From a virus, in IMG/VR virus record IMGVR_UViG_3300028536_000001, positions 1 through 40,873 of that record: a stretch of 40,873 bases of DNA; one strand, 5' to 3'. The stretch's first letter is position 1. Each line of letters starts with the position of its first letter. The translations under genes were made by a program, and so were the position numbers. Under the pieces are notes generated by a model, which was not told where the DNA came from, made no database searches, and saw nothing but the letters and a program-made list of their open reading frames with translations. Positions 8,979 to 15,437 of the stretch are shown in pieces.

Positions 8979-9056
8979 TGGGAGAGTTGGGCGACACGCA
9001 GTCGATCCCTATTCTCTTTAGCGTGAATAACTGATTTCAGGATCTTTCCAATCCTC
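8979..9056 (-). ncRNA. Putative 78-nt structured RNA ending in stem+CCA (not a cloverleaf)
   Basis: 5' GAGGATTGG pairs with CCAACTCTC, followed by CCA; inner stems GATCCT/GGGATC and TATTC/GAATA; 5' end coincides with the predicted TSS. Confidence 0.45.
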
Positions 9057-9062
9057 AAATAC

Positions 9063-9091
9063 ATTATACCAAATAGATTGGTGTTTGTCAA
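9063..9091 (-). promoter_or_regulatory. Consensus sigma70-type promoter
   Basis: TTGACA-17 nt-TATAAT. Confidence 0.85.
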
Positions 9092-9101
9092 CAACTATTT
9101 T

Positions 9102-9176
9102 TGGTGCAGCCAGAAAGGATTTAACTTTCGCCAAACAGGGTAAGAGCCTGATATACTGACATTATACGATGGCTGC
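9102..9176 (-). tRNA. tRNA-Lys(CTT)
   Basis: Loop CT-CTT-AC; CCA. Confidence 0.8.
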
Positions 9177-9179
9177 AAG

Positions 9180-9274
9180 TGGGCTAGGCTGAGGGTGTCG
9201 ATCCCTCCCGGTACTCTAATCTGGAGTTTCTCTGCGGTTTATAAGACCGCACTGCACAGCCGGTGCTAACCTAG
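9180..9274 (-). tRNA. tRNA-Ile(TAT)-like with long variable arm
   Basis: Stem TGCGGT/ACCGCA; loop CT-TAT-AA; ~25-nt V region; 5-nt D loop; CCA. Confidence 0.7.
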
Positions 9275-9281
9275 TTAAAAA

Positions 9282-9356
9282 TGGCGCGGGAACTCGGAAC
9301 CGACCCGAGAAGTTTGGTTTTGGAGACCAACAGTTTTCCAGTTAGCTTATTCCCGC
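9282..9356 (-). tRNA. tRNA-Trp(CCA)
   Basis: Stem TTGGT/ACCAA; loop CT-CCA-AA; G73; CCA. Confidence 0.85.
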
Positions 9357-9583
9357 GTAATCTGTAGCTGATTCGAACAATACGAATAAAAGGGTCTTAT
9401 ACCTGTTCCTATCAGTTTACAAGTTGTTTTAGAAACTTCAATATCTTCTCTACGAACAAATTTTCCTTTGATTCGCGTTAAAAGTTTATTGCATGTTTTC
9501 GGGACAGGAACACCATCCAAGTTGAGGATAATGTCGTCGCGCCCGCAAGCGTCACACTCGATATGGTATCTAGTTTCTGTCAT
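9347..9583 (-). CDS. Hypothetical protein within the tRNA array
   Basis: 78-aa ORF filling an inter-tRNA gap; CxxC motif. Confidence 0.5.
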   Translation of the reverse strand: MTETRYHIECDACGRDDIILNLDGVPVPKTCNKLLTRIKGKFVRREDIEVSKTTCKLIGTGIRPFYSYCSNQLQITRE

Positions 9584-9589
9584 TTAAAA

Positions 9590-9675
9590 TGGAGCACCCG
9601 ACAGGACTCAAACCTGTATGTGGAAATTAATCCCTACGTTCGTAGCGTAGTGCCTTTTCGTTAGACTACGGATGC
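9590..9675 (-). tRNA. tRNA-Arg(ACG) with long variable arm
   Basis: Stem CTACG/CGTAG; loop CT-ACG-AA; 16-nt V region (GGA-TTAATT-TCC); CCA. Confidence 0.8.
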
Positions 9676-9684
9676 GTTTTAAAA

Positions 9685-9758
9685 TGGTCGGGATACTCCG
9701 ATTCGCACGGAGGACACATGTGCCCAAGACATGGATGTTGCTTCTACACTATATCCCG
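9685..9758 (-). tRNA. tRNA-Pro(TGG)
   Basis: C1-G72, A73; loop CT-TGG-GC. Confidence 0.85.
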
Positions 9759-9767
9759 TTAAACTTA

Positions 9768-9843
9768 TGGTGCCAACTATCCGTTTTGATCGGATTTCTT
9801 TTCCTCTTCAGGGAAACGTAATAACCCTATCTACGAAGTTGGC
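9768..9843 (-). tRNA. tRNA-Phe(GAA)
   Basis: Stem TTTCC/GGAAA; loop CT-GAA-GA; CCA. Confidence 0.8.
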
Positions 9844-9865
9844 AAATCGTTGATACTAAATAAGT

Positions 9866-9941
9866 TGGTGGAGCCTGTCGGCTTTGCTCCGACCGCCTCT
9901 TCGGTGCAAGCGAAGTGCTCTCCTGAATGAGCTAAGGCCCC
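9866..9941 (-). tRNA. tRNA-Ala(TGC)
   Basis: G3:U70 pair; loop CT-TGC-AC; CCA. Confidence 0.9.
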
Positions 9942-9947
9942 TAAAAT

Positions 9948-10079
9948 TTATGCAAACAAAATTTGTCTTGCTTCTGTCGCGCTGATAATACCCGCATCAA
10001 ACAGATTTCGGACACAAACAGCTAAATCTGCGCCAAACACAATTTTAAGTTGTTTAGCTAACTTATTTGTTAATTCCAT
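9948..10079 (-). CDS. 43-aa hypothetical protein (not in ORF track)
   Basis: AGGAGG RBS, then MELTNKLAKQLKIVFGADLAVCVRNLFDAGIISATEARQILFA*. Confidence 0.6.
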   Translation of the reverse strand: MELTNKLAKQLKIVFGADLAVCVRNLFDAGIISATEARQILFA

Positions 10080-10113
10080 ATTTCCTCCTGTCCATTTTCT
10101 GGACAAAAAAATT

Positions 10114-10192
10114 TGGAGAGGGAGAAACTGAGTCCTCCCCCTCGCACCGTGTCTGAAACGTACGGTGGGACGCCTCGCGGCGCTAAGCCACT
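10114..10192 (-). ncRNA. Putative 79-nt structured RNA ending in stem+TCCA
   Basis: Hairpins CGCC-GCGA-GGCG, CACCGT/ACGGTG and GAGGGGGAG/TTCTCCCTC, then TCCA and a T run; begins at the predicted TSS. Confidence 0.45.
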
Positions 10193-10198
10193 AAATAC

Positions 10199-10227
10199 AT
10201 TGTACTATCATATTGACTGGCTGTCAA
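10199..10227 (-). promoter_or_regulatory. Sigma70-type promoter, twin of 7921-7949
   Basis: TTGACA-17 nt-TACAAT with the same downstream GTATTTAGTG. Confidence 0.75.
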
Positions 10228-10235
10228 GGGTAAAA

Positions 10236-10312
10236 TGGGGTGTACGGGACGAATCGAACGTCCTTAAACAACAGAGTCACAGTCTGAGGCCGCACCAATT
10301 GGCTTCGCACAC
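10236..10312 (-). tRNA. tRNA-His(GTG)
   Basis: Loop CT-GTG-AC; C73; CCA. Confidence 0.8.
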
Positions 10313-10318
10313 GTAAAA

Positions 10319-10393
10319 TGGAGCCTCCACAGAGAGTTGCGCTCTGCTCTATAGTTTACAGGACTATTGCATCGCTGTCAATGCTTTGGAGGC
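10319..10393 (-). tRNA. tRNA-Thr(TGT)
   Basis: Stem ATAGT/ACTAT; loop CC-TGT-AA; CCA. Confidence 0.8.
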
Positions 10394-10395
10394 GG

Positions 10396-10932
10396 TTAAT
10401 CTTGTTGCATCGAAGTATTCTCGAAATACAAATATTTACGCCAAAGTGGATCATCTTCGCCCATCGCCCGGATCACATGACGGCTGGTGTGCATGTTCAC
10501 GGGCTTGTATCTTTTTGAAAGCACCATTCCCGCTTCTTCAGGAGTACGGTTTGCTTTGAACAAGTTACAAGGCTTGCAACACGCGGTTAAGTTGGACCAA
10601 GTTCCGCGTCCGCCCCTAGATTGGGGTTGAATATGGTCTAAAGTAAGATCCGATGACGAAAATCTCTTTACACAATAAGCACAGGTGTATTTATCCCGAA
10701 GGTAAATGTTCTTACGAGTCAAAACTTGTAGTCTATGAGGAATGTATACGTGCCGAAGAAGACGGATTACCGAAGGGACTGGAATATCGGGACGCAGGTA
10801 CTTATTTTTGTGCTCGGTAATCTCAACGGCGTTCTTAACCAGCAACTTGACGGCGTTCTTGACCGTAGTGATTTGGCTAGGCTCATAAGCCACATTAAGG
10901 ACCAAGACCGGCGATGAAATTAAACTTGGCAA
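10396..10932 (-). CDS. HNH endonuclease (McrA/HNH_5-like)
   Basis: VLVLNVAYEP...PSVIRL...TRKNIYLRDKYTCAYC...TLDHIQPQSRGG...WSNLTACCKPCN. Confidence 0.9.
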   Translation of the reverse strand: MPSLISSPVLVLNVAYEPSQITTVKNAVKLLVKNAVEITEHKNKYLRPDIPVPSVIRLLRHVYIPHRLQVLTRKNIYLRDKYTCAYCVKRFSSSDLTLDHIQPQSRGGRGTWSNLTACCKPCNLFKANRTPEEAGMVLSKRYKPVNMHTSRHVIRAMGEDDPLWRKYLYFENTSMQQD

Positions 10933-10979
10933 CGAGCAATATCCTCCTCAAAATACGTGCTCTTAGTGTAACATACTTA

Positions 10980-11054
10980 TGGAGCCAGCAGCCAGGTTTA
11001 AACTGGCGTCTTTTCTTTACGAGAGAAAAATTCTATCAATTGAACTATGCTGAC
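10980..11054 (-). tRNA. tRNA-Thr(CGT)
   Basis: Stem TTTCT/AGAAA; loop CT-CGT-AA; CCA. Confidence 0.85.
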
Positions 11055-11058
11055 GATT

Positions 11059-11445
11059 CTACCACAATCCAGAAAAAGCCCCAACCTTTGCTAGTCGTTT
11101 CATTTCTTTCTGAAAGTCGGGACCGTGATCATGACGGCTTTTACGAAGTTTTAATTTCAAGTGGACAATTTCGTGAAAAAGTGTTAGCAGCACAGTACGC
11201 TTACCAACATCATATAGATTGGTATTAATTCGTATAGTGTGCTTTCTTTCGTACGTTTTTCTGTACGTTCCTTTATCGTTTCCTCGAACTCTCTGAGCGA
11301 GTACACATCTTTCGGGACTATAGTCACCCATAACATTTTCAGGAAGTTCAGAAGACCAAAATACTCTGCAATCTGTCGGAAGAGTATTTCTATAGTATCG
11401 AGAATTGATTACGTCGTAATAATGTTTAAGACTGTATCTAGACAA
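11059..11445 (-). CDS. SprT-like zinc metalloprotease
   Basis: TLFHEIVH...HGPDFQKEMKRL; TTG start after GAGGAGG (the longer ORF-track start lies inside tRNA-Gln). Confidence 0.75.
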   Translation of the reverse strand: MSRYSLKHYYDVINSRYYRNTLPTDCRVFWSSELPENVMGDYSPERCVLAQRVRGNDKGTYRKTYERKHTIRINTNLYDVGKRTVLLTLFHEIVHLKLKLRKSRHDHGPDFQKEMKRLAKVGAFSGLW

Positions 11446-11465
11446 ACGTCCTCCTCGTTTCAACT

Positions 11466-11541
11466 TGGTTCCGGAGGTAGGATTGCAACCCACATTCACT
11501 GGTTCAAAGCCAGATTTCCTAGCATCTTAGAAGACTCCGGA
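11466..11541 (-). tRNA. tRNA-Gln(TTG)
   Basis: U1-A72; loop CT-TTG-AA; CCA. Confidence 0.85.
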
Positions 11542-11546
11542 ATAAA

Positions 11547-11705
11547 CTATTCTTCGTTTTCTAAAGCTCTTTCCAACTCCAAGTCATCCAAGTAGTGACC
11601 GAACTGCTTGATCGCCTCTTCATCAACAACAAAACCTTCTTCGGCCAAGATAGCCTGTAAACGATCATCTTGGAAGTGCGATTTAATGCGGTCGGATGTG
11701 CTCAT
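11547..11705 (-). CDS. Small acidic hypothetical protein
   Basis: MSTSDRIKSHF... with AAAGGA RBS, lying between tRNAs. Confidence 0.6.
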   Translation of the reverse strand: MSTSDRIKSHFQDDRLQAILAEEGFVVDEEAIKQFGHYLDDLELERALENEE

Positions 11706-11723
11706 TGGAAATCCTTTCAGATG

Positions 11724-11800
11724 TGGATGCCTCTCTTGGTCTCGAACCAAGCCTATTCTTCGTTCAGAGCGAAGTGCCATACCAACTAGGCGAAGAGGCA
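11724..11800 (-). tRNA. tRNA-Gln(CTG)
   Basis: Stem CTTCG/CGAAG; loop CT-CTG-AA; CCA. Confidence 0.85.
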
Positions 11801-11809
11801 GTAAAATTT

Positions 11810-11901
11810 TGGCTGTAGGGGTGGGAGTCGAACCCACAGTTGACTACTTGATTCGTCGATTGGTTAACGGCCAATTGCCTTCCCATTCAGCGCACCCTAC
11901 A
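11810..11901 (-). tRNA. tRNA-Asn(GTT) with long variable region
   Basis: U1-A72, G73; stem ATTGG/CCAAT; loop CC-GTT-AA; 21-nt V region. Confidence 0.8.
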
Positions 11902-12417
11902 TCAGTTTCTAATAATCTTGATAATCTCAAGCGCATCAGAATATTTAACCCACTCTCCATCCTCAGAGTGAACATTATATTTATCTAAGAGTTCCTGTTC
12001 CGCTTTTCTTCTATTCAAACAAAACTCGTAGTGTTTTATGTAGAACTTTTTAAACGGATCATACGTTTGGTAAGAGGACAGCCTAGATGCTGTATCTACA
12101 GTCATACCTATTTTAAGATGATCTGGCCAAGCAGGATTAGCTATAAGATAAACCATTCCTTCCTTACAGTTGTTGGTCTTTGCCCCGCGTGACAGTTTCA
12201 ATCTTAAAAGTTCAAGTCCAGCTAGTTTTCTGGCATAATTTCTTTGAAACTTTTTGTTATTGGACTCACCTAAATTTCCGTACACTTCAATGTAGGCTGA
12301 TAACATTTCTTCAGTTATGTCAAATGCCGTACACGTAGGAACCCAACCTGTTCGGGTGAGTATATCAACTGTTCTTTTAATTCTATCAGTTCTTCCAACA
12401 TCTGTTGGATTACTCAT
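11902..12417 (-). CDS. GIY-YIG (T5orf172/MUG113-like) nuclease
   Basis: GMVYLIANPAWPDHLKIGMT...RLSSYQT.DP...AEQ...GEW. Confidence 0.8.
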   Translation of the reverse strand: MSNPTDVGRTDRIKRTVDILTRTGWVPTCTAFDITEEMLSAYIEVYGNLGESNNKKFQRNYARKLAGLELLRLKLSRGAKTNNCKEGMVYLIANPAWPDHLKIGMTVDTASRLSSYQTYDPFKKFYIKHYEFCLNRRKAEQELLDKYNVHSEDGEWVKYSDALEIIKIIRN

Positions 12418-12505
12418 CCTTTATCCTTGAAACATTTATTAAAGTTGATATTTACGTCAATTTCATTCCAAAATAGAACTAAATTGACGTATACATCATT
12501 TAATT

Positions 12506-12581
12506 TGGAACCAGCAACCAGAATTGAACTGGCATTCTCTGTTGGAAAGACAGGAGTCCTCGACCGTTAGACGATGCTGGC
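12506..12581 (-). tRNA. tRNA-Glu(TTC)
   Basis: Loop CT-TTC-CA; Glu-type D arm; CCA. Confidence 0.85.
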
Positions 12582-12585
12582 AAAC

Positions 12586-12762
12586 TTAACTTACAGAAGC
12601 GTGACGACCTGCGACAGCGTAGGCTCTATCCCATCTCGACTCACCAGAAGCATTAAATCGGAGTCCGCAGGAACATGCTACTGAAGCTACATCATCTCCA
12701 ACCCTTGAAAGAGTTATTCTGTGAAACAAGGAACGAACTAAAGTGCGTAAAAATTTTGGCAT
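12586..12762 (-). CDS. 58-aa hypothetical protein (not in ORF track)
   Basis: AAGGA RBS; MPKFLRTLVRSLFHRITL...ACSCG...GRHASVS*; fills the gap between two tRNAs. Confidence 0.5.
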   Translation of the reverse strand: MPKFLRTLVRSLFHRITLSRVGDDVASVACSCGLRFNASGESRWDRAYAVAGRHASVS

Positions 12763-12778
12763 TGTTTTCCTTTTAAAG

Positions 12779-12853
12779 TGGCGATCTCGAAGGGAATCAA
12801 ACCCTTAACTTACACCGTGACAAGGTGGCGCTTTATCGTTAAGCTACGAGACC
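12779..12853 (-). tRNA. tRNA-Asp(GTC)
   Basis: Loop TT-GTC-AC; G73; CCA. Confidence 0.85.
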
Positions 12854-12854
12854 T

Positions 12855-12928
12855 TGGTTGCGTGTCTGGGAGTTGAACCCAGTTTTTGGGATTATGAGCC
12901 CCACGTAGAGCCGTTCTACTACCCCGCA
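12855..12928 (-). tRNA. tRNA-Met(CAT), initiator-like
   Basis: Stem TGGGG/TCCCA; loop CT-CAT-AA; 5' TGCGGGG; CCA. Confidence 0.8.
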
Positions 12929-12933
12929 TTATT

Positions 12934-12962
12934 AGAATAACACAAAACTATTCAGTTGTCAA
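12934..12962 (-). promoter_or_regulatory. Sigma70-type promoter just upstream of tRNA-Met
   Basis: TTGACA-17 nt-TATTCT. Confidence 0.6.
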
Positions 12963-12970
12963 TAAAAATC

Positions 12971-13056
12971 TGGTGAGTGCGCTCAGGATCGAACTGAGTG
13001 TGCTCTAAAGCGCCTGTTCTACAGACAGGTGGACTTGCCTTCAGTCCATCGCACCC
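12971..13056 (-). tRNA. tRNA-Tyr(GTA)
   Basis: Loop CT-GTA-GA; class II V arm; A73; CCA. Confidence 0.85.
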
Positions 13057-13066
13057 GTTTTCTGGA

Positions 13067-13492
13067 CTACTTCTTAGACAGTGTAATTTTTACCCAGTTT
13101 GCAAATTCGTGTTTGGAATAATACGGATGATTGAAGATACATTCCCAACCTCCGCGAGGAATACCATCGGAACAACCTCTGTAAACCCGCCACCGTGATT
13201 CTGCGGTTTTCTTGACCGTACAAAGCCGGGCTATTTTTCCACAGATCTGACAAACTTTGATAGACTTGATATCTTTTTCGGCAATCGAATCTACGTACTG
13301 TCCGATGTGCTTTTGAGGGCAGGCATATCCAAAACTATAGGCTATCACATCTTCTGGCTTGGTGTCCAAATCGGGTTCTGGATCTGGTGCTATAATTTTT
13401 ACGGTTTCAGGATTATCACATGGAATACACGTACCTGGTTTTGGGTATGTATCCAACACGATAACTTCTTCCTTTTTATTTTTCCAAAACAT
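13067..13492 (-). CDS. Hypothetical protein, probably Zn-binding
   Basis: 141-aa ORF; AAGGAG RBS; CxxxH and CxxC motifs. Confidence 0.65.
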   Translation of the reverse strand: MFWKNKKEEVIVLDTYPKPGTCIPCDNPETVKIIAPDPEPDLDTKPEDVIAYSFGYACPQKHIGQYVDSIAEKDIKSIKVCQICGKIARLCTVKKTAESRWRVYRGCSDGIPRGGWECIFNHPYYSKHEFANWVKITLSKK

Positions 13493-13508
13493 AGTTCTCC
13501 TTTAAAAA

Positions 13509-13604
13509 TGGAGGAGAGAGTGGGATTTCAACCCACGGTGCTTGGGTTTAGCAAGACACGACGGTTTTCAGGACCGCTGCAATAAAACGCTCTGCCACCT
13601 CTCC
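13509..13604 (-). tRNA. tRNA-Ser(TGA)
   Basis: Loop CC-TGA-AA; long V arm; CCA. Confidence 0.85.
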
Positions 13605-13605
13605 A

Positions 13606-13691
13606 TGGCCGAGAACGTTGGAGTCGAACCAACTAATCCTTTCGGATTTACAGTTTAGCAAACTGCTGCATTACCGTCCTGCCCGTTCTCG
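13606..13691 (-). tRNA. tRNA-Ser(GCT)
   Basis: Loop TT-GCT-AA; V arm AATCC-GAAA-GGATT; G73. Confidence 0.9.
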
Positions 13692-13698
13692 TAAATTG

Positions 13699-13776
13699 TG
13701 GCACGGATGACTGGACTCAAACCAGTAAACATCTTATTTTGAATAAGATAGGTATTTCAATTCCCACCACATCCGC
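13699..13776 (-). tRNA. tRNA-Leu(CAA) lacking the long variable arm
   Basis: Stem TCTTA/TAAGA; loop TT-CAA-AA; 5-nt V loop; G73. Confidence 0.75.
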
Positions 13777-13777
13777 G

Positions 13778-13966
13778 TTAATCTAATCCAATATACTCCG
13801 ACAAAGCCTCGGCTGCCCAAACGTACGCAACTCTTAGTTTGTGGAATTCCTTATCATTTATTTCCTTGAAGGTTGAGTAAGATCGAAAGGTGTAGTCAAA
13901 ACCTTCCTGTCCTACTCGCTGGCGTACTGGTTCAAACTCATCCTCAAAATCGTCGTCGCCGTACAT
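13778..13966 (-). CDS. Small acidic hypothetical protein
   Basis: AAGGAGG RBS; MYGDDDFEDEFE... Confidence 0.7.
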   Translation of the reverse strand: MYGDDDFEDEFEPVRQRVGQEGFDYTFRSYSTFKEINDKEFHKLRVAYVWAAEALSEYIGLD

Positions 13967-13981
13967 GTTTCCTCCTTGATG

Positions 13982-14069
13982 TGGTACCCGATGAGAGATT
14001 TCAACTCTCAATGACCTTTACGATCGACGCGGCCTAAACGCGTTGTGTCTTGCGTTCCACCAATCGGGC
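13982..14069 (-). tRNA. tRNA-Leu(TAG)
   Basis: Stem ACGCG/CGCGT; loop TT-TAG-GC; V arm; A73. Confidence 0.85.
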
Positions 14070-14540
14070 GTATTTAAACTTCTTACTTCTACTTTTACTC
14101 CTGCAATCTTTACAGTAAGCCTGTATACCATCTCGCCTATTTCCGTTTTTGTGAAATAGACTTTTACAGAGATAATCGGCGCACCCAACACACCATTTTG
14201 TATCTTCTGGCGCATCTAAGTGTCTGGTATTTGGTGGAAGAAACGATTTTGGACGAGGGCCGATTCTCGGTCTACTACACCCCACATTACACCTTAGATG
14301 AGAAAAGGCAATATTATCCAAATCCCAGAATAAATTAGAATCTAGACCAAGCCACGGTTCTTTATGGTCTACACTCAACTCTTCAGGAGTCTCTATTATC
14401 TTCTTACAGCGATAACAAATGTTTTCTTTTAACCTGCAAACAAGAGAAAATAGTATTCTCTTCTTTAACCTACCACTCGCTCGGCCTATGGGCATTCCAA
14501 GTTGATCGGATTTTCTTTCGTTAGATGTATTTATGTACAT
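14034..14540 (-). CDS. HNH endonuclease
   Basis: CYRC...SVDHKEPW...NIAFSHLRCN plus C-terminal CxxC...CxxC; start trimmed to the ATG downstream of tRNA-Cys. Confidence 0.75.
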   Translation of the reverse strand: MYINTSNERKSDQLGMPIGRASGRLKKRILFSLVCRLKENICYRCKKIIETPEELSVDHKEPWLGLDSNLFWDLDNIAFSHLRCNVGCSRPRIGPRPKSFLPPNTRHLDAPEDTKWCVGCADYLCKSLFHKNGNRRDGIQAYCKDCRSKSRSKKFKYARLVERKTQRV

Positions 14541-14547
14541 AGATATT

Positions 14548-14624
14548 TGGAGTCGGCAGAGAGAATCGAACTCTCGCATTTCAGGTTTTGCAGACCTGCG
14601 CTTTACCGTCTTAGCTATGCCGAC
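14548..14624 (-). tRNA. tRNA-Cys(GCA)
   Basis: Loop CT-GCA-AA; U73; CCA. Confidence 0.9.
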
Positions 14625-14629
14625 AAACT

Positions 14630-14712
14630 TGGAGCGGAAGACGAGACTCGAACTCGCATGGCTTGCGCCGTTAGTTTGGAAAACTAATTCCTTACCGTTA
14701 GGATACTTCCGC
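14630..14712 (-). tRNA. tRNA-Gly(TCC) with long variable arm
   Basis: GCG/CGC acceptor top, U73; loop TT-TCC-AA; 13-nt V region (GGC-GCAA-GCC). Confidence 0.85.
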
Positions 14713-14721
14713 ATTAAACTT

Positions 14722-14796
14722 TGGTCCACCCTGCTGGACTCAAACCAACGTATCGCTCTAATCAGGAGCGCGTCCTAGTCGCTGGACGAAGGGTGG
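14722..14796 (-). tRNA. tRNA-Ile(GAT), atypical U37
   Basis: Stem CGCTC/GAGCG; loop CT-GAT-TA; A73. Confidence 0.75.
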
Positions 14797-14797
14797 A

Positions 14798-14872
14798 TGG
14801 AGCTACGAGTCGGAACTGACCCGACAACTATACCTTACCGAGGTATTATGTTTCCCGTTACACTATCATAGC
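14798..14872 (-). tRNA. tRNA-Thr(GGT)
   Basis: Stem ATACC/GGTAT; loop TC-GGT-AA; CCA. Confidence 0.8.
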
Positions 14873-14874
14873 AT

Positions 14875-14950
14875 TGGTACCGGATGCAGGCTTTGCTCCC
14901 GCCACTTCAATCTTGTAAGGATTGCACTCTACTGAATGAGTTAATCCGGC
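14875..14950 (-). tRNA. tRNA-Val(TAC)
   Basis: Stem CAATC/GATTG; loop CT-TAC-AA; A73. Confidence 0.85.
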
Positions 14951-14957
14951 ATAAAAC

Positions 14958-15035
14958 TGGTAGCGACGCCGAGCCTCGAACTCGGAAACATCTCATTTTA
15001 AAGGAGATAGGTATACCGATTCCCTTCACGTCGCC
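14958..15035 (-). tRNA. tRNA-Leu(TAA) lacking the long variable arm
   Basis: Loop TT-TAA-AA; 5-nt V loop; A73; CCA. Confidence 0.75.
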
Positions 15036-15098
15036 AAAACAAAACTGTCCTTATTGTATATAAACCCATTTTTCCAAACTTAGTTGCGATTTGTCAAG

Positions 15099-15437
15099 CT
15101 ATTTCTTTGAATCGGTACTTTTTTCTGTTTTCTGGATAGACCAAGTGTTTGATTGGGCATCGAACTTGTATGTCTCATCCCATCCATTATCCTTCTTGAT
15201 TTGCTCAATTAGGGCTTGGGCTTCGCGGTCAAAGTTGTCGAGCACGGGTTTTACATTCGTGAAGTAGTCTTGCTGAACCTTGATATTAAATTGGTTCTGA
15301 ACGGTGGTGTACTGTGACCTGTTCAGTTGCAGCTTTACCGTGTTGGTAGATTCCTTCGGAACCACCGTATTCGCTGGCTGCGCTGCCTGAGCAAACGCAG
15401 ATGCGGTTAGAAGGGCTAGAGTAAAAAGTGTTTTCAT
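15099..15437 (-). CDS. Putative secreted protein
   Basis: Signal peptide MKTLFTLALLTASAFA-Q. Confidence 0.7.
   Translation of the reverse strand: MKTLFTLALLTASAFAQAAQPANTVVPKESTNTVKLQLNRSQYTTVQNQFNIKVQQDYFTNVKPVLDNFDREAQALIEQIKKDNGWDETYKFDAQSNTWSIQKTEKSTDSKK

Noticed and set aside
11810-12500. Group I intron carrying the GIY-YIG gene within a tRNA
   Set aside because: Flanking tRNAs are complete and uninterrupted; no intron core was recognised
14541-14729. N-terminal extension of the HNH ORF (likewise 11446-11499, 11706-11837, 13967-14011)
   Set aside because: These extensions run through tRNA genes; downstream starts, most with a clear RBS, fit better
14958-15035. Possible ochre suppressor (TTA reading)
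   Set aside because: Stem symmetry centres TAA, and the body is paralogous to Leu(CAA)
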